A DNA stretch of 64,000 bases. Source: Amoebidium appalachense. Taxonomy: Eukaryota; Protista; Ichthyosporea. The position numbers were made by a program, and so were the translations under genes. Numbering within the stretch: position 1 is the stretch's first letter; each line of letters starts with the position of its first letter. The DNA lies in the NCBI GenBank assembly GCA_963693365.1, contig CAVNZM010000013.1, forward strand, positions 4,492,722 through 4,556,721, read 5' to 3'. The notes beneath the pieces are model-generated. The model worked only from the letters and a program-made list of their open reading frames with translations. It had not been told where the DNA came from and ran no database searches. Shown here in pieces: positions 1 to 13,863 of the stretch.

Positions 1-2153
1 GCATCGCTGAGCAAAACGTACAGATGTGGTGGTGCAAGTACCCGATTCTTTTATCAAACACTTGAGAGAAGGCATGCATGGATGGAGTATTGTGTGCCAA
101 AGTTTCCATGTAAGTGTGGATGTAGGTCGAGGTTATGTTGAGTGGCAGTCAACCATGGTGTTAGGCTACAACGACTTGAGAGGAATACTGAGGCCATCTA
201 ACAATGTTGTACTGAGTGTACCGGGTTCATTTCCGATAAATACGCACAGCTAACACATAACAGACACGCCGTAAAATGTACAATACCCATGTGTAAATAT
301 TGACATTGTCTCCTTTTTTCTTTTTCTTTTTTTTTTTCTTTTCCCCGCTGAGAAAGTGTGCAGAGCATAAAGACTCCGTGTACATGTGGCTGCCGGCGCC
401 CTTTGAAACGATGGAATGTAATCGCATTCCTTAAAGATAAAATGCTTTTTGAAAGAGTGGATAGTATATTCATTAGATATATAGGTAGCCTGCACACTTC
501 AATAGAGCCCAGAGCTGGGGTCTATCATCTATGTAAAACCTTCCTAATAGCGAGTTCTTGAATTTTTTTTCTCTCTATTTTTCATTTTTTAAACATATTT
601 TCCTTTTACACGTATGCAGCCATTGTAGAGCTCAGTGTAGAAACCTCGAAGGCACATGTAGTGCTCAAGATAGAATGAAGAAATTTTAAAAGTAATTTTG
701 AAATTCTTGAATTTCCGCTCGTGTCGCCACTCAGTCACTGAGTCCGGGGACTTCTGCTGCGGGCGCCCACACTCTGCTGCAAAGAAATCACTGAAATGAA
801 ATTTAAAAGAATTCAACGATGAAAAGAAATCAACGATGAAATTGGTTAGAATGGAACCACGAGATCTTGAAATAACGGTTTACCATTCAACTGCATATGC
901 ACCATAGAGAATATCGAAAAAGGTGTGCGCGTGCTTTTGCTGACTTGCAGAATAAATGACCCCGAATGCATCCAGTTGATGATTCCTTGTCTACAGTTGA
1001 TGATTCCTTGTCTACTACATTTGCGCCGTTTTTTTGACCACAGACCCCTGCTTTTGCTTCGGCACGGCATGTCGTGTCGAAATGGAAGATGGAGGGAGAA
1101 CAGCTGAAAGAAATGGCACCGAGGTTACGCACAAGGAGAGGTGAGGGTACCTCATGTTTTTGTGAGGTATTATGTTAGTAACGTTCCCTGAATATATCTT
1201 TTGAACCCGAGCCTCATAGTTCGGGGCCTATGTCTTGCTCAAGAGTCTCTGGATGCTTGACGATGTGTGTGCTGTTTGAATATTAGCGCGGTCTCTGTAG
1301 CCAGCGTGCCTGTAGGCATGTGCTGGTGTTGTTTCCTTTACTTGCATCATCCCTGTGTGTGGATTCGTTCGTGCAGACCTTTGCTTTGATTGTATGCGTC
1401 TTTTTGTTGTCGGGGTGTCGTAAAATACCTTCGTGTCAGTTCACCTACCGAGGATGCACGAGAGAGAGATAGTGTGTGTGCATGTGCGTGCGTGCTCTAC
1501 CTCCATGTGTGTGTGTGAGCACACGGCGGCACTCACAATCATGTGCGCGCAAGCGTAGGTGGGTGGGTGAGTAGATACTGGAAGGGTGTGTGTGTGTGTG
1601 TAAGAAGGCGGGAGGGGAATGGGGAAGAGAGTGGGGGGGGGGGGGGGGGGGGGGGGGGGAGGGGGGGGGGGGGGGGGGGGGGCTGGGTTGGGATGTGCAT
1701 ACGTGCGTATGTGAGTGTGTCTGGGCATGCTTGTGTTGCTTGCGTTGCTTGAGTGTGGGCGGGTGGATGGGCGGGGGTCCGTGTTTGTAACCCTTGGTGT
1801 CGTTTTGTGCTCAGTTCAGGACAATAGTCGATGAGATCCTCCGCTGTGTTACGGTTGCTACGGATCCCTCGCAGTCCTCGTAGGGCTTTTTTTTTTTTTT
1901 TTTTTTTTTGCTAATCTTTTGTTCTGTTCCATAGCATACGTCTCACTTCAACATGATTGCGGCTTTGGTAATACGTGTGTGCTTGGGCCGACGTTCATGC
2001 TTTCACAGCACACTTTCACGCAGGCACACATACACAAACACACACCAAAGCAGCCTGGGTAGGCACACGTGAAAGTGAGGGATGTGATGTGACCAAAGGA
2101 TACCATTCGTGTGTAGTAATTATCTGTTGGGTGGGTTAATGGGGGTGGTGGTG

Positions 2154-2188
<35 letters not shown>

Positions 2189-2344
2189 GGGGAAGAGCAA
2201 AAGAATGCAGTAGGTTTTGATCCTCTCATTATTCGCTTTCCATCGAGCCCTCACTGGGGGGGGGGGGGGGGGGGGGGGGGGGGGTGCTGAGTATCGATGA
2301 CTCGTATGGAGAGGCTTGCAGAGTTTGGTGTGCCTCACGAAAGT

Positions 2345-2445
2345 TGTATTGGCTTATGATTCGATTATGTATTATGTATTTATGATTATGTATTGGCTTA
2401 TGTATTGGATTATGGCTTATGTATTCGATTATGTATTGGCTTATC
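2345..2445. repeat. Degenerate ~12-bp tandem repeat (TATGTATTGGCT/TATGTATTCGAT)
   Basis: About 8 imperfect units are directly visible. Confidence 0.8.
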
Positions 2446-2487
2446 ATTCGAAGGGAACCGGGAGGAAAGGACGGGCGGGGAAGAGGG

Positions 2488-2541
<54 letters not shown>

Positions 2542-2775
2542 AAGTCAGTATCCAACGTCGTTTTCATGAATGTTAGTTAATCCATCCCATTCCCTCTCCC
2601 CCCCTCCCCCCTTCCCCCCTCCTCCCTCCCCCCCCCCCCCCAACAGCAACAACAACAAACACACACACACACACACACATACACATTGGGTTGTTTTTTG
2701 TTCACCTTTTTCGTTTTTGCTGTTCTTGGGATTGCTTTGCCTTATGTTTCCCCCCCCCCTCGAACCCCTCCCATA

Positions 2776-2806
<31 letters not shown>

Positions 2807-2974
2807 ACCCCCTTCCCTTCCCTTCTTGCCCGTATCATGTCTTGTGTTGTCTTACACATTCAAACACACCTCCTCCTCCCCGCCCCCCTCCCCCCCCCCC
2901 CCCCCTCCCCCTCCCATCTCATGCGTCTCAGAAGCATTTACTGACAACCTCCCCGTGCCCTCTCTCTTGCGTGG

Positions 2975-3225
<251 letters not shown>

Positions 3226-3663
3226 CATAAGTGTCCCTACTCTGCATCACTTCTCGGATCCACTCATTTTCCTTCCTTTTAGATCACGTTTATTTCTTTT
3301 TCTTTTCTTCCGTGCCACACTGCTCACTGCTTTTGTTTTTGGGCCCTCAAATTATGAGCCAATAACATGATCAATTATTCAAAGAACACCTCTTCCATTG
3401 ATTAATTAAGGGAGTTTCCTTTAGGCCGAGTTTACAGGCGCCTTTTGAGTCAAACAGGTGTGTATCGTGTCACTCCTGAGTTCTAAAAACAGTCGAGTCT
3501 TAGTCGACTGGGAACACCAAATGAAAACCCCTCCTTTATAAGAAAACCATAAACCTGCTAATTCCATTTCTCACGTGCATGAAATCCTCTGCGCAGCCCC
3601 GCCCATGGCGCCCCATCCAATAACGAGGAAGGGGCATCACGTGATTTCAGCATCGACGTATCG

Positions 3664-5145
3664 ATGCTGCACTCAGGGGAGCCGCACACCAACAACAGCC
3701 GCGATCATATCATGTCGGGGTTCCCTTCTCTGGAGCAGGATCACTTTCCCGTAATCTTAAGACCGGAAAACGCAATTGCGGTGGAACTGCGCACCTCCTC
3801 CTCGTTGGGAAATGTGGGTGAAACGCAAAATACGGCACCGAAAAATCGGAAGTTTACGGGTGCGGGTATCTCGGGAAATCCTACGTTGGATATGCCACAG
3901 AATGCTGCGGGGTTGAAGCTGGCACGGAAGTACTATCTCATTACGTGGGTGATATTCTTAGTCGTATTTTCGCTGTGTGTCGGACTGGAGATTGGCTTAA
4001 TCTACATGTGCAACTTGCGATCGGCCGAAATTACGTACGCACGCATGGTACCTCTGATGAACCACATGGGCGTTGTTCTCGCGAGATTGCAATCGGGATC
4101 GGGGCGATCGTCCGACCTACTCCGCGATCTAATGGCCATGCGATCCCGCCTAATCGAGGAATTTGACAGGACGCAACCTTACGACAACCAGATATTTTGG
4201 GTTAACTGCTACATAAGTTCGGTACTTTTTGGGGTTTTATGCGTCGTGGCGGCGCTTTGCGTGAAATTTCGCCACCACCAGAGCGTGAAGTCTAGGGGGA
4301 GGTTTTTCCTCGTTCAGTACTTTGTTGGGGCGAGCGGGGCTCTGATTTTCTCGGTGCTCACCCTCGCAAATATCACGCACAATCTCCTAGACTCGAATCC
4401 CCTCAATCCTCGGGAATACAAATCTATGGAGGACCTGGCAATACGGCAGGAACAATGGGCGAACATTTCGATTGGCTTGACGGCGGGGGCGGGGCTTTTC
4501 GTGAGCATTTTGTGCTCGGCATATCTACAGCGGCAGAGGCTCATACACGAACTATTCGTCGGAACATTGAGGGTAAGGGGAGTTCCAACGACGTGGGAAT
4601 ACTTCAAGATGGCTCCCCTCGCTATATTTACGACGCTTTTGGTGGTCTCGGGAGCCATCGTCGCCAAGTATTTCTACTACAGCCCGGAACGTGGATATAA
4701 CTTTAACGGGATACACGCCCAGTACGCCGGGTTCTGGGCCTATCCGGTTATCTACGTCAGCGGGATACTCTACTATTAGCGCAACATGGGGTTCGCGGAG
4801 CTCCGATTTTCGGATTTCTACTGCAATCTCCGGTCTTTTGTCGGAATTTCCATTATGGCCGTGATAATGCTTGTGCTCACGCACACGAAACCCGGGGGAA
4901 TTTACGCGTTTTTCACTACCGGCACCATGGTTCGTCTGGTCGTCACCCCATATCTCACCGATTCAATCGCCATCTCTCTAGTGTACGCTAGGATATTCCA
5001 TCCACTAACGAGGGAACTAATAGTGCGTGAGCTGGCAGTTACTAGAACGAATGGAACCGTAGATCAGGAACCTAGTAGTAGATCAAAAAGCATGTCGTAT
5101 GTGTCGTTTGCTGGCAGGGAGGGAATGGCTCTTAGAGTATCTTAG
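3664..5145 (+). CDS. Intronless multi-pass membrane protein (extra N-terminal TM + 7TM, class-C-GPCR-like motifs), interrupted by an in-frame TAG at 4777-4779 (pseudogene, readthrough or error)
   Basis: ORFs 3664-4779 and 4786-5145 are in the same frame (TAT TAG CGC AAC ATG). About 8 hydrophobic segments. KFRHHQSVKSRG after TM1 and QRQRLIHELF after TM3 resemble class C GPCR ICL1 and TM3-end motifs. Colinear with the paralog at 7841-9891 across the stop (YY*RNMGFAELRFSDFY vs [17 protein letters not shown]). Confidence 0.8.
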
Positions 5146-5211
5146 GTGTGTTTAGATTTATTAGATTACTTCAGATTTACAAAGTGGGTCCGGGGGGAGG
5201 GGGGTCCGGGA

Positions 5212-5253
<42 letters not shown>

Positions 5254-5736
5254 GGGGGGTCTGGGTTGCCGTGGGTGTATTCGTTAGTGTCTCTTTCCTA
5301 GGCCCTACGGTGATATATGCTTTTAATTGTGTCGAGTATTTGCCATCGGTGCCTAATCGTCAATATCAAATAATACATGTGTACACGCGTACGGCATGGG
5401 GTGTTCATCTTAATCATGTTATAAACTCTTTATCGTTGAATCTTAATATTAAGTTTATGGAATGAATTTACATAAGTATCAATGGTCTTCTGCTGGCAGA
5501 TTCCAGATTATTCCATGTAGCTATTATAATAGCACAGCTAGCACTTAGTCTAGCCATTCCATTGGATATTCCAATACTATCTCTTTTTTTTTTAGTTTCA
5601 CAAAAACTAATATGTGCACGATTGCATGCCTGAAGAGCAGATTGGCCACATGTTTTGCGACCGAAAAAAGGTACATGTACGGCATGTGCATATTTCAGTG
5701 TGCAAACATACCATATGCGGCACGCAACCATGCATG

Positions 5737-5802
<66 letters not shown>

Positions 5803-5986
5803 GCACACGCACACGCACACATACACACACACACACACACATGCAGGTACACCAATATCGTGACACGCACACACACACACACTGACACACACAAGGATGC
5901 ACCCGCACACACACACACACACACAGCCAGGTACACATACACGCATCATAGTACACACGCACACACACGTGCATACAAACACACAA

Positions 5987-6045
<59 letters not shown>

Positions 6046-6267
6046 CACACACACAAGCACATATGTCAAGGGATTTTACAGACACCGTCCACCATTAAGA
6101 ATACTCGCCAATAAGAATACGCTAGCGGCCAAGTCGCGTTTTTTAAAGAATGTATCATATCATTGAAGGCGGCCATTTTTTGGGGATGTTCTTAGCAGAC
6201 CGATCAATGAATCATGCTGGATCCGAATACACATTACATGCCCGCACCCCCCTTCTCTTTCTCTCCA

Positions 6268-6311
<44 letters not shown>

Positions 6312-7592
6312 CCCCACCCCACATGCATGGCACCACACACATGCATATCGGTTTAGGTTTACACGGTCTATATTTGGGGATACGGTGGGAGCACAGCCTC
6401 TCGTGTGCGCGTGTGGCTTACTGCATTTTCCAGCGCTAGCACGGCCACACACTAGACGAGGGGCACTGCAGCAGGCGCCCTCGTGAGCTACATATACACC
6501 GTATTTACAGGATAAGTATACACCCGGGCCATGACTCATTTGGGTGGAAGTCCAGATAGGAAAGCTAAAGCTAAAACTACTAAACCAAACTGAGCCGAAT
6601 TTAAAAGAAATCTATTACAGAGCTCGAGAACCTCCGGGCCTCCAAGTGGGGGGAATCTGCCGGTAGGGCATCTACATAGCTACGAAAAGGCACACATATC
6701 CCCGAATGCCCCCCCCCCCCCCCCCCCCCCTCCCCAGGGCAGTCCCCTGCGATACGATAGCGGTCGTCCAAAAAGTTTAAGAATATGCACCGCAACTACG
6801 TCTTTGGGGGGGGGGGGGGTTCTTAATGGCGGAGCGTATCTGTACACACACGGCCAGTCTGAGGCTAGCTGCCTGCTAGCCCAAAGTTTCCAAGATTTCC
6901 AAAGCTGGAAGTAATATCAAGTTACATTGTTTTTTCTTATATAATTACCAAAAAAAAAAAAAACATGTATGGACCAATAATTTTCGTGCACATGCGATCG
7001 CACGGTTAACTAAATAAAGAAATTTGGGCGCGAAGTTTTTGCGCGCCAAAAAAGAAAGTTTTATAAACCTCAAAAAAAAAAAAAAAGTAGGAATACATAT
7101 AGCCTCAGGAACCCGTTTTTGTAAGATATTACATTCTGCCGTGCCCAGTAGTGCATGCAACCACCGGTAACTTAGGCTGATGGCCTGTAGGTACATTTGA
7201 GACCATTTCTATTTCAAATTTAAATGGCTCGAACCAAGCTAGATGTTGAAGCGTCACTAACATACCATACACGGAGGTAACACCTGAAACCTAAACCTCA
7301 TGATTTATCATGGCCATATGCCTATGCATCTCTTTGACATCAACATTTACGCAATGGGCCATACAAAACTAATATTAAAAATTAATAATAGTACACAAGG
7401 AGATTTAATACTAAGCTAATTTGTCGTTGATAGTATTTACATAACATTCAACTAATATGCCTTCTCTTTTTTCCCTGAATTCTTCACGAAACCACCAAGG
7501 ACGTTATCCACGATTAACAGTCAATGAACTCAACTCTGCGGATTCATCACCGTACCAACCTGAAGATTAAACCACTGCAACCATATTAACAC

Positions 7593-7626
<34 letters not shown>

Positions 7627-7627
7627 G

Positions 7628-7698
<71 letters not shown>

Positions 7699-7710
7699 GC
7701 CACCCCTAAC

Positions 7711-7754
<44 letters not shown>

Positions 7755-7840
7755 ACCCACCCACAAAAAAACAAAAACAAAAAAAAACACCCCAAAGACA
7801 CCTGCACCAACCCACGCGCAAGCACCAACATTCAGCCCCG

Positions 7841-9891
7841 TCACCTCCCCCCTGCAGCCTTCATCGCCGGGTACAATAAACCCACGTTTGCATTGTCGTC
7901 AACGTACACGGCCAACGAATCAACAGCGGCCAACCACCCCCGGCGCTCCGCATGCGCGGTTTCTTTCAGGAAAAGCTGGTTGTACGCGTAGGCCGTATAA
8001 CTACAATCCACCAAAAAGGGAACTATCGTAAGGCGAATCATCATCGTTTGGCAGAAGAAGTGAATTGTGTACGCCGGAAAAACGTTCATCAATATGATGG
8101 TGGCCACACATACAGCCGCAGAGCCCGTAATGGTGCGTAGGTTGCTGTAGAAGTCGGAAAATCGAAGATCGATGTCTTTCGTCTTGTAGGAATAGTACAC
8201 CGTGAAGGTCAGGTAGAAAATCGGAAACACCCAGAGCGTGGAAGAGTTAAGGTGGACAACGTCCATGGAGGGATAGCCTAAATGCGTATTAAATCGGAAC
8301 ATAATCGGCCCGATCGCGGCCAGGGCCGTTGTGAGCAACGCCAACGGGAACGGTCGGAAGAAATCCCACCGCGATCGAAAAACGTGAAACCCCTTTTGCT
8401 CGAAAATCCGATGTATCAACCATTGCCTCTGCACGATGCTACACAGCGTTCCGCTGATGAAAAACACCTGAAGCACCACCAACACCAAAAGTACGTTCTC
8501 CCACAACCGCGAAATTTCCAAATATTCGCCCATGTCGTTTCCGAATATCGCCGGTTCGAGCGGGCACGGGGTTAACGACCACGGCACGGAAAAATGGCAC
8601 ACCGTCAACAACGACAACAGCAAACCCAACGCGGAAAATACGAGATACTGACTAACGAATAGGCTCCCGCGAGATTTAACAACCGGGTGGTCTTTAAATT
8701 TTATGCACGTTGCCGCTGCCGCAAAGATCAAAAGAAGCACCATCCCGTTCAAAACCAAATTGCAGATGACGGCAAGACGGTCCGGCATGCCATTCGCCTC
8801 CAGGTATACCCGCTGAATATCCCGCCGTTTGTCGAATAATTCCAGCAAAAGCGATGGAATTTTCTGTTTATCCACCGTCCCGTCGCTGAGCGAACCCAGG
8901 ATTTGCGCCAACTCCATAACCTGCTGATAGACCATCCCATATATTGACATGGGGCGCCCGTACGAACAAACGGCCATGAAAATTCCCTCGATGAAAAGGC
9001 ATGCAAAGAATGTGCAAAGGTATGTGATCCACGTGATCCGGTGATAACGCGCCGTCCGTTCCTCGTAAGCACTTGCCGCCGTGCTGTCGCTTCTCAGTCG
9101 CGGACCCCAACGGACGCGTTCCGGCGGGGGGGGTTTCGTTTTGTTGAAATTTCGATTCGATCTTTTTTTCTACGCTGTCGGAGCTACCAATCAAGCTCTC
9201 ATCCACCGTTGAATCGTGCATGAAATTTGCATAGCCCCCGGCCGCAGTGGTCGACCCCGGGGGGAAATTTGCATAAACCCCCCCGGGAGAGGCGGTGGTA
9301 GAGGTGCTCGGGCGGCGAATCATAGCCGCCCGTGCCATGGCGGTAGGTAGCGATGAAGAAAGCGATTGAGATTCCCTTCGGCCCAGATCGGACGACGGGT
9401 TTTTTATTGGCTGATCAGGTTCGATCATGGCGGTAGGTAGCGATGAAGAAAGCGGTTGAGATTCCCTTCGGCCCAGATCGGACGACGGGTTTTTTATTGG
9501 CTGATCAGGTTCGATCATGTTTTCGTTTGAGGAATGATTGGGCGTGTTTATCCGATTGAGAGAAAGGGATTGGCTATCCAATCGCTGAAACATCCGCTGG
9601 TGTGGGGTGGATACAGCCAGCAAATCCCGAACCGACGCGCCAAAACTGAGTTGTCGCGACAAATTTGCGATTGGATTTCTCGATCTGGAGCCGATTGCGC
9701 CGTCGGTGAAACTCAGGCTCTGGGCTCGATCGCGCGGATTTCGGGTTATTATTCCGGTAGATGCGGTAGACATCAGTGCATTCTGAATGGATAAATTTCC
9801 GACCACTAAGTATGTATCTGGCAGGGAGATGGAGGGCCGGCTCGAAAGTCGGCGGAGGGCGTCCGGAGGGACGGGTGGAATGGGGTTATCC
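7841..9891 (-). CDS. Terminal exon of the paralogous 8-TM receptor-like gene with a long Ser-rich N-terminus; one frameshift between 9126 and 9169
   Basis: The 7841-8977 frame stays open upstream to a TAG at 9170-9172 and encodes [23 protein letters not shown], homologous to ARKYYLITWVIFLVVFSLCVGLE of the + copy. The upstream frame (8868-9806 ORF) is open back to a CTAAC...TTGCAG acceptor at 9892. The shift lies in an A7 (9163-9169) or C8 (9126-9133) run. Motifs [12 protein letters not shown] and [10 protein letters not shown]. Upstream exons (10.4-12.1 kb) could not be resolved. Confidence 0.8.
9336..9519. repeat. 90-bp coding tandem duplication (30-aa repeat)
   Basis: [21 protein letters not shown](P/S)LSSSLPTA occurs twice; the two DNA copies differ at one base. 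Confidence 0.95.
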
Positions 9892-9915
9892 CTGCAAGGG
9901 GTGATTAAATTGTTA

Positions 9916-10016
<101 letters not shown>

Positions 10017-10114
10017 CTTTCCTTTTTTTTTTTCGGGAGGGGGGGGGGGGGGGAGGGTTGTGCGTGTGCGCTGGTGTGTCTTTAGGTATGTGTATGTGCA
10101 TCACATGTGCATGT

Positions 10115-10247
<133 letters not shown>

Positions 10248-10676
10248 TGTGCGCGCGCGTGCACGTCTGTGTGTACCATCCTGTGCGACTGTGTGTGCCC
10301 GTGTGATTGTGCATCTTGTGGTGCTGTGATTTTGTGCTTGTGCCCTGCATGAGTAGGTGTGTCTGTGTGAACGCTTCTGTGCGCGCGACATGTATGCTTA
10401 TGACATCATGTGTATCTGGGCTAGTACCCTGTAGATCAAAATCAAGAACCAAATCCCACAGTGTACGCCCGTGGGGGGAAGGCGGATGGGGGTGGGGATA
10501 AATGTATGACGAAATTGATTATTCTTGTTAATTAGTTAGCCAATTAAAACCCGTGTGCTTAAGCTTGCACAGTGGCTGAGCTTGCACAGTGGCTGAGCAT
10601 AACATGAAATGTCGGTGTGCCGTGTTCATGTGTGTGTGTGTGTGTCTGTGTGCACGTGTGTGTGTGTGTGTGTGTA

Positions 10677-10730
<54 letters not shown>

Positions 10731-12891
10731 TGTGTGTGTGCGCGCGTGTATGTGTGTGCATGGCGCACCCGCGTGCGTGCATGTGTTCGGGTGTGTGCAC
10801 TTGTGTGAGCGCACACACGTGTGTACGTGATCACCATTGTTGTAGCAGAAAGTGCGGTGGCAAAGCAACAATCTTAGTATTTCTGTAGTTCTTAAAGCAT
10901 TGTGTGACAAGAGGACCCAGGGTGTGACATACCCGTTTCTCGAGGGGGTTATTTTTGGCTGCTAGATAAAGGAGGAGTAGAGGGATGGATAGATGCGTAG
11001 GTAGACCAAAAGGTAGATAAGAACCGTTGTGAGTAGAGAGACACATGAGTGAATGCAGTTGTGGGTGCACGTAGATGCTTGTAAAGAACGGAGGGGAGAA
11101 AGGGGGGAAAGGGGGAGGGGGAGGGGTAAAAGTTTGTGTGTGTGCATGATAAAGGGAGGGGATTACGAGGAGAGAGCTGATGCTTGTATTGATGCTAAGG
11201 GCGAGAAATGTTTGTACAAAGAGAGATCAGAACTGTATACAAAGAAAACAGAAAGGAACCCGAACAATTGTCCAGGCAGAAGGCGAAGACACCTAATGGC
11301 TCCCCCCCTCCCCCCCCCCCCCCCACACCTCCCCCTCTCCTCCCCCTCCTTCTTCCCTCCTCCTCCCCTCCCTTCTTCCCCCCCTTTCCCAACCCCAACT
11401 CCCCCAACTCCTCTTCCCTCCCATTCCCCGCTCCCGCCCTCCCCCCTCTGGCCCCCCCGGCCCCTGCCCCCCCCTCACACACACACAACACACACACACA
11501 AACCCGGCCATAGGGCAATCACTGAAGTTGAACAGAAACTACAGTGAGCAGGGTATTACTAAGTATAACGGAACATGGGCGATTTCAACGTAGCGCCAAC
11601 CACTTCCAATATGCAGCTATGTAACCTGCACCTCCGGTTTCACGGAGGAGGAAAGAGAAAGGGGGAGCACGGGAAGTATTACTAAGAAGATAAGAGGGGG
11701 CAGCAGGATTGGAATGCCTTATATTGTAAGAAGCACATTTAACTGGCCAAGCACACAAAGCATGTGCATGATAAGAAGAGTCCATCCTTGAGGATCGAGG
11801 AGAGGTCGCGGGGAGGGGGCGCGAGGGTTGGAAAGGGAGGGGGAGGGTTAGGGGTTTAACAGCACACGTACCCTGGGAAACCGATACACTAAAGCGGAGC
11901 ATACTTGAGCAAGCACGAGTCCCAGAGGGGTAGGGGTGGGGTGGGAGGAGAGGGGGGGAGGGCGAGGAAAGGATGTAAGAGGGTGCCAAAGAAACAAATA
12001 GAGGAAAAGAGTGAGGTATTCTCTTACCCATCTCTTCTGGGAGGGGCAACCCCAGAGGGCTGCCCGGGCAAGTCTCCGTGTGTGCTCATTGCGTCATGTT
12101 GGGCACTCCATTGTGCAGGTGTGGGCACCCACTATGATGAAGTGTGGTACATCAGGAATTGGGTGAGAAGAGCAGCAGTGCCAACGGGTGAAGATAAAAT
12201 CAAGAAAAGGAAAAGCTTTTCTGGACCGTAAACAGGGCTTCCATGCGCAACTATTAGCGTCTATTTGCCGAAGATCCTTTGTCCTTTCCCGTTTTGCCTT
12301 GTTTTTGTATAACCTCATCTACTGAGCAGTTGGCAGTGCACCAATTTTTCAACCAAAACTCTCGACAATTTCCAATCGAGTGTACGAAAGGTCTGATTCT
12401 CAAGGGGGCGTTTTTGTTACTTAGTAAAGAAACAGTGTAGCTAGAAGTGCACAAGCAAGTAATGAAGGTTCGCTGTGCACATGTTGGGTTGCCCCTCCCG
12501 CTGGCACGTCAATCATGTAGAGATCATGTAGGGAATCACTGTAGCATGCGCAAAGAAGGGAACTAGTTTGCCTCAGCACTCTTTAGAGATGTTGAGTTTG
12601 GTGTGCAGGGAAAGACGTTGCTCGTTGAAAGTGGGAAAAGAACTCACAAAAAGGAACAACGAAAAAACAAAAAACAAAAAAAAAACTATGAAGGTTGTCG
12701 AGTTTCCTTTACTTCTGCAGCTGCTTGAAATTCTGGACAAAAAGCGACGGTGACTGAGCTCGACCCTCTCCAGTTTCGCGCCAACAAATTCTTGTGCGAT
12801 AAAAACTTAGCCTCTGGAATGTAATATTGGCGGCGCGGGCCCGGACCCGGCCCGGCCCGCCTTCTACACGCGGAACCCTTGTTAGCCCCAA

Positions 12892-12912
12892 AAACCCTAA
12901 ACCCTAAACCCT
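12892..12912 (+). promoter_or_regulatory. Short telomere-like (AAACCCT)3 'telo-box' beside GC-rich GGCCC motifs
   Basis: AAACCCTAAACCCTAAACCCT, preceded by GGGCCCGGACCCGGCCCGGCCC, in a microsatellite-free promoter-like stretch. Function is inferred only. Confidence 0.35.
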
Positions 12913-13817
12913 TTAGATCCATGCGCAGCTGCCTTATGTAGTATGATCTGAGACTTTTGTCCAATGAAAATCGTTATCGCTCCCAATTTGGAAAGTGACT
13001 TTCGGGCCAAAAAGCTACCTAATCGGATCGCTAAAACGGTTTGGGTCTCTGCACGGTAGTATACCCGTGACTACTGAACCGGCCCGTATGAAAGGGATAG
13101 ATATACGCGGCAGCGTTTTGATTCCTTTGCCAACTTCATGCCGAGTGAAGGGAGTACTTGCTTGTGTACTTACCCCCCCCAAATGAAAATTTTTGTGTTT
13201 TTCAATTTAAAGGTTTGGGCATTTCAGGGGCTGAACATTAGCATATATATGAATGACAGTGTATGGGCGCAGCGTGCATGCTTTGGTGTCATCGATTGCA
13301 TGATCATGAACATATATCCGGTTTATTTTGTTGTCAAAAAAAAGCATAAGCTATCTCTAATATATAGTAAGCTATGAAGCCCAAATACGGAACGACACCC
13401 CTCAAACAACAGTTCTTTCCATCAAAGAGCACCCCTATTTCTGGTGTTATCTCTGATCCACACCCGCGCCGCTATCTGCATGCGGAGCTTATGCCCCAGT
13501 CGATTTCTTTGTGTGTGACACGGCCGCAGGAGGCTGACTCGAGTCACGGCGAGATCTGACAGCCCTAGACGCAGGACTCGGGCGAGAAGCTGGGGGGAGG
13601 GGGGGGGATCGGAAATGCCTCGGGAACACGGCAATACAACTGCACGCGGTGAGGAACACGGTGCCGGATCAACACACACACACACACACATGCACGAACA
13701 CGCACGTGCACAGACACGCGCACACACCCAAACACACACACACACTGTATGTGAGTTTGTGTACATTGGCACACACACAAACACACACACACACCCAAAC
13801 ACACAAACACCTTGTGG

Positions 13818-13863
<46 letters not shown>

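Noticed and set aside
1-260. Possible gene start running off the left edge on the minus strand (METLAHNTPS...)
   Set aside because: Only ~36 codons are visible with no recognisable motif.
4777-4779. Alternative genetic code (TAG/TAA as sense)
   Set aside because: TAG and TAA end several reconstructed genes at expected positions, and none of the 22 exons of the two conserved genes contains an internal stop.
10400-12460. Upstream micro-exons of the minus-strand receptor gene
   Set aside because: Several AG..GT-bounded segments exist (e.g. ending 12028, ~10932, ~10429), but I could not chain them in a unique consistent phase.
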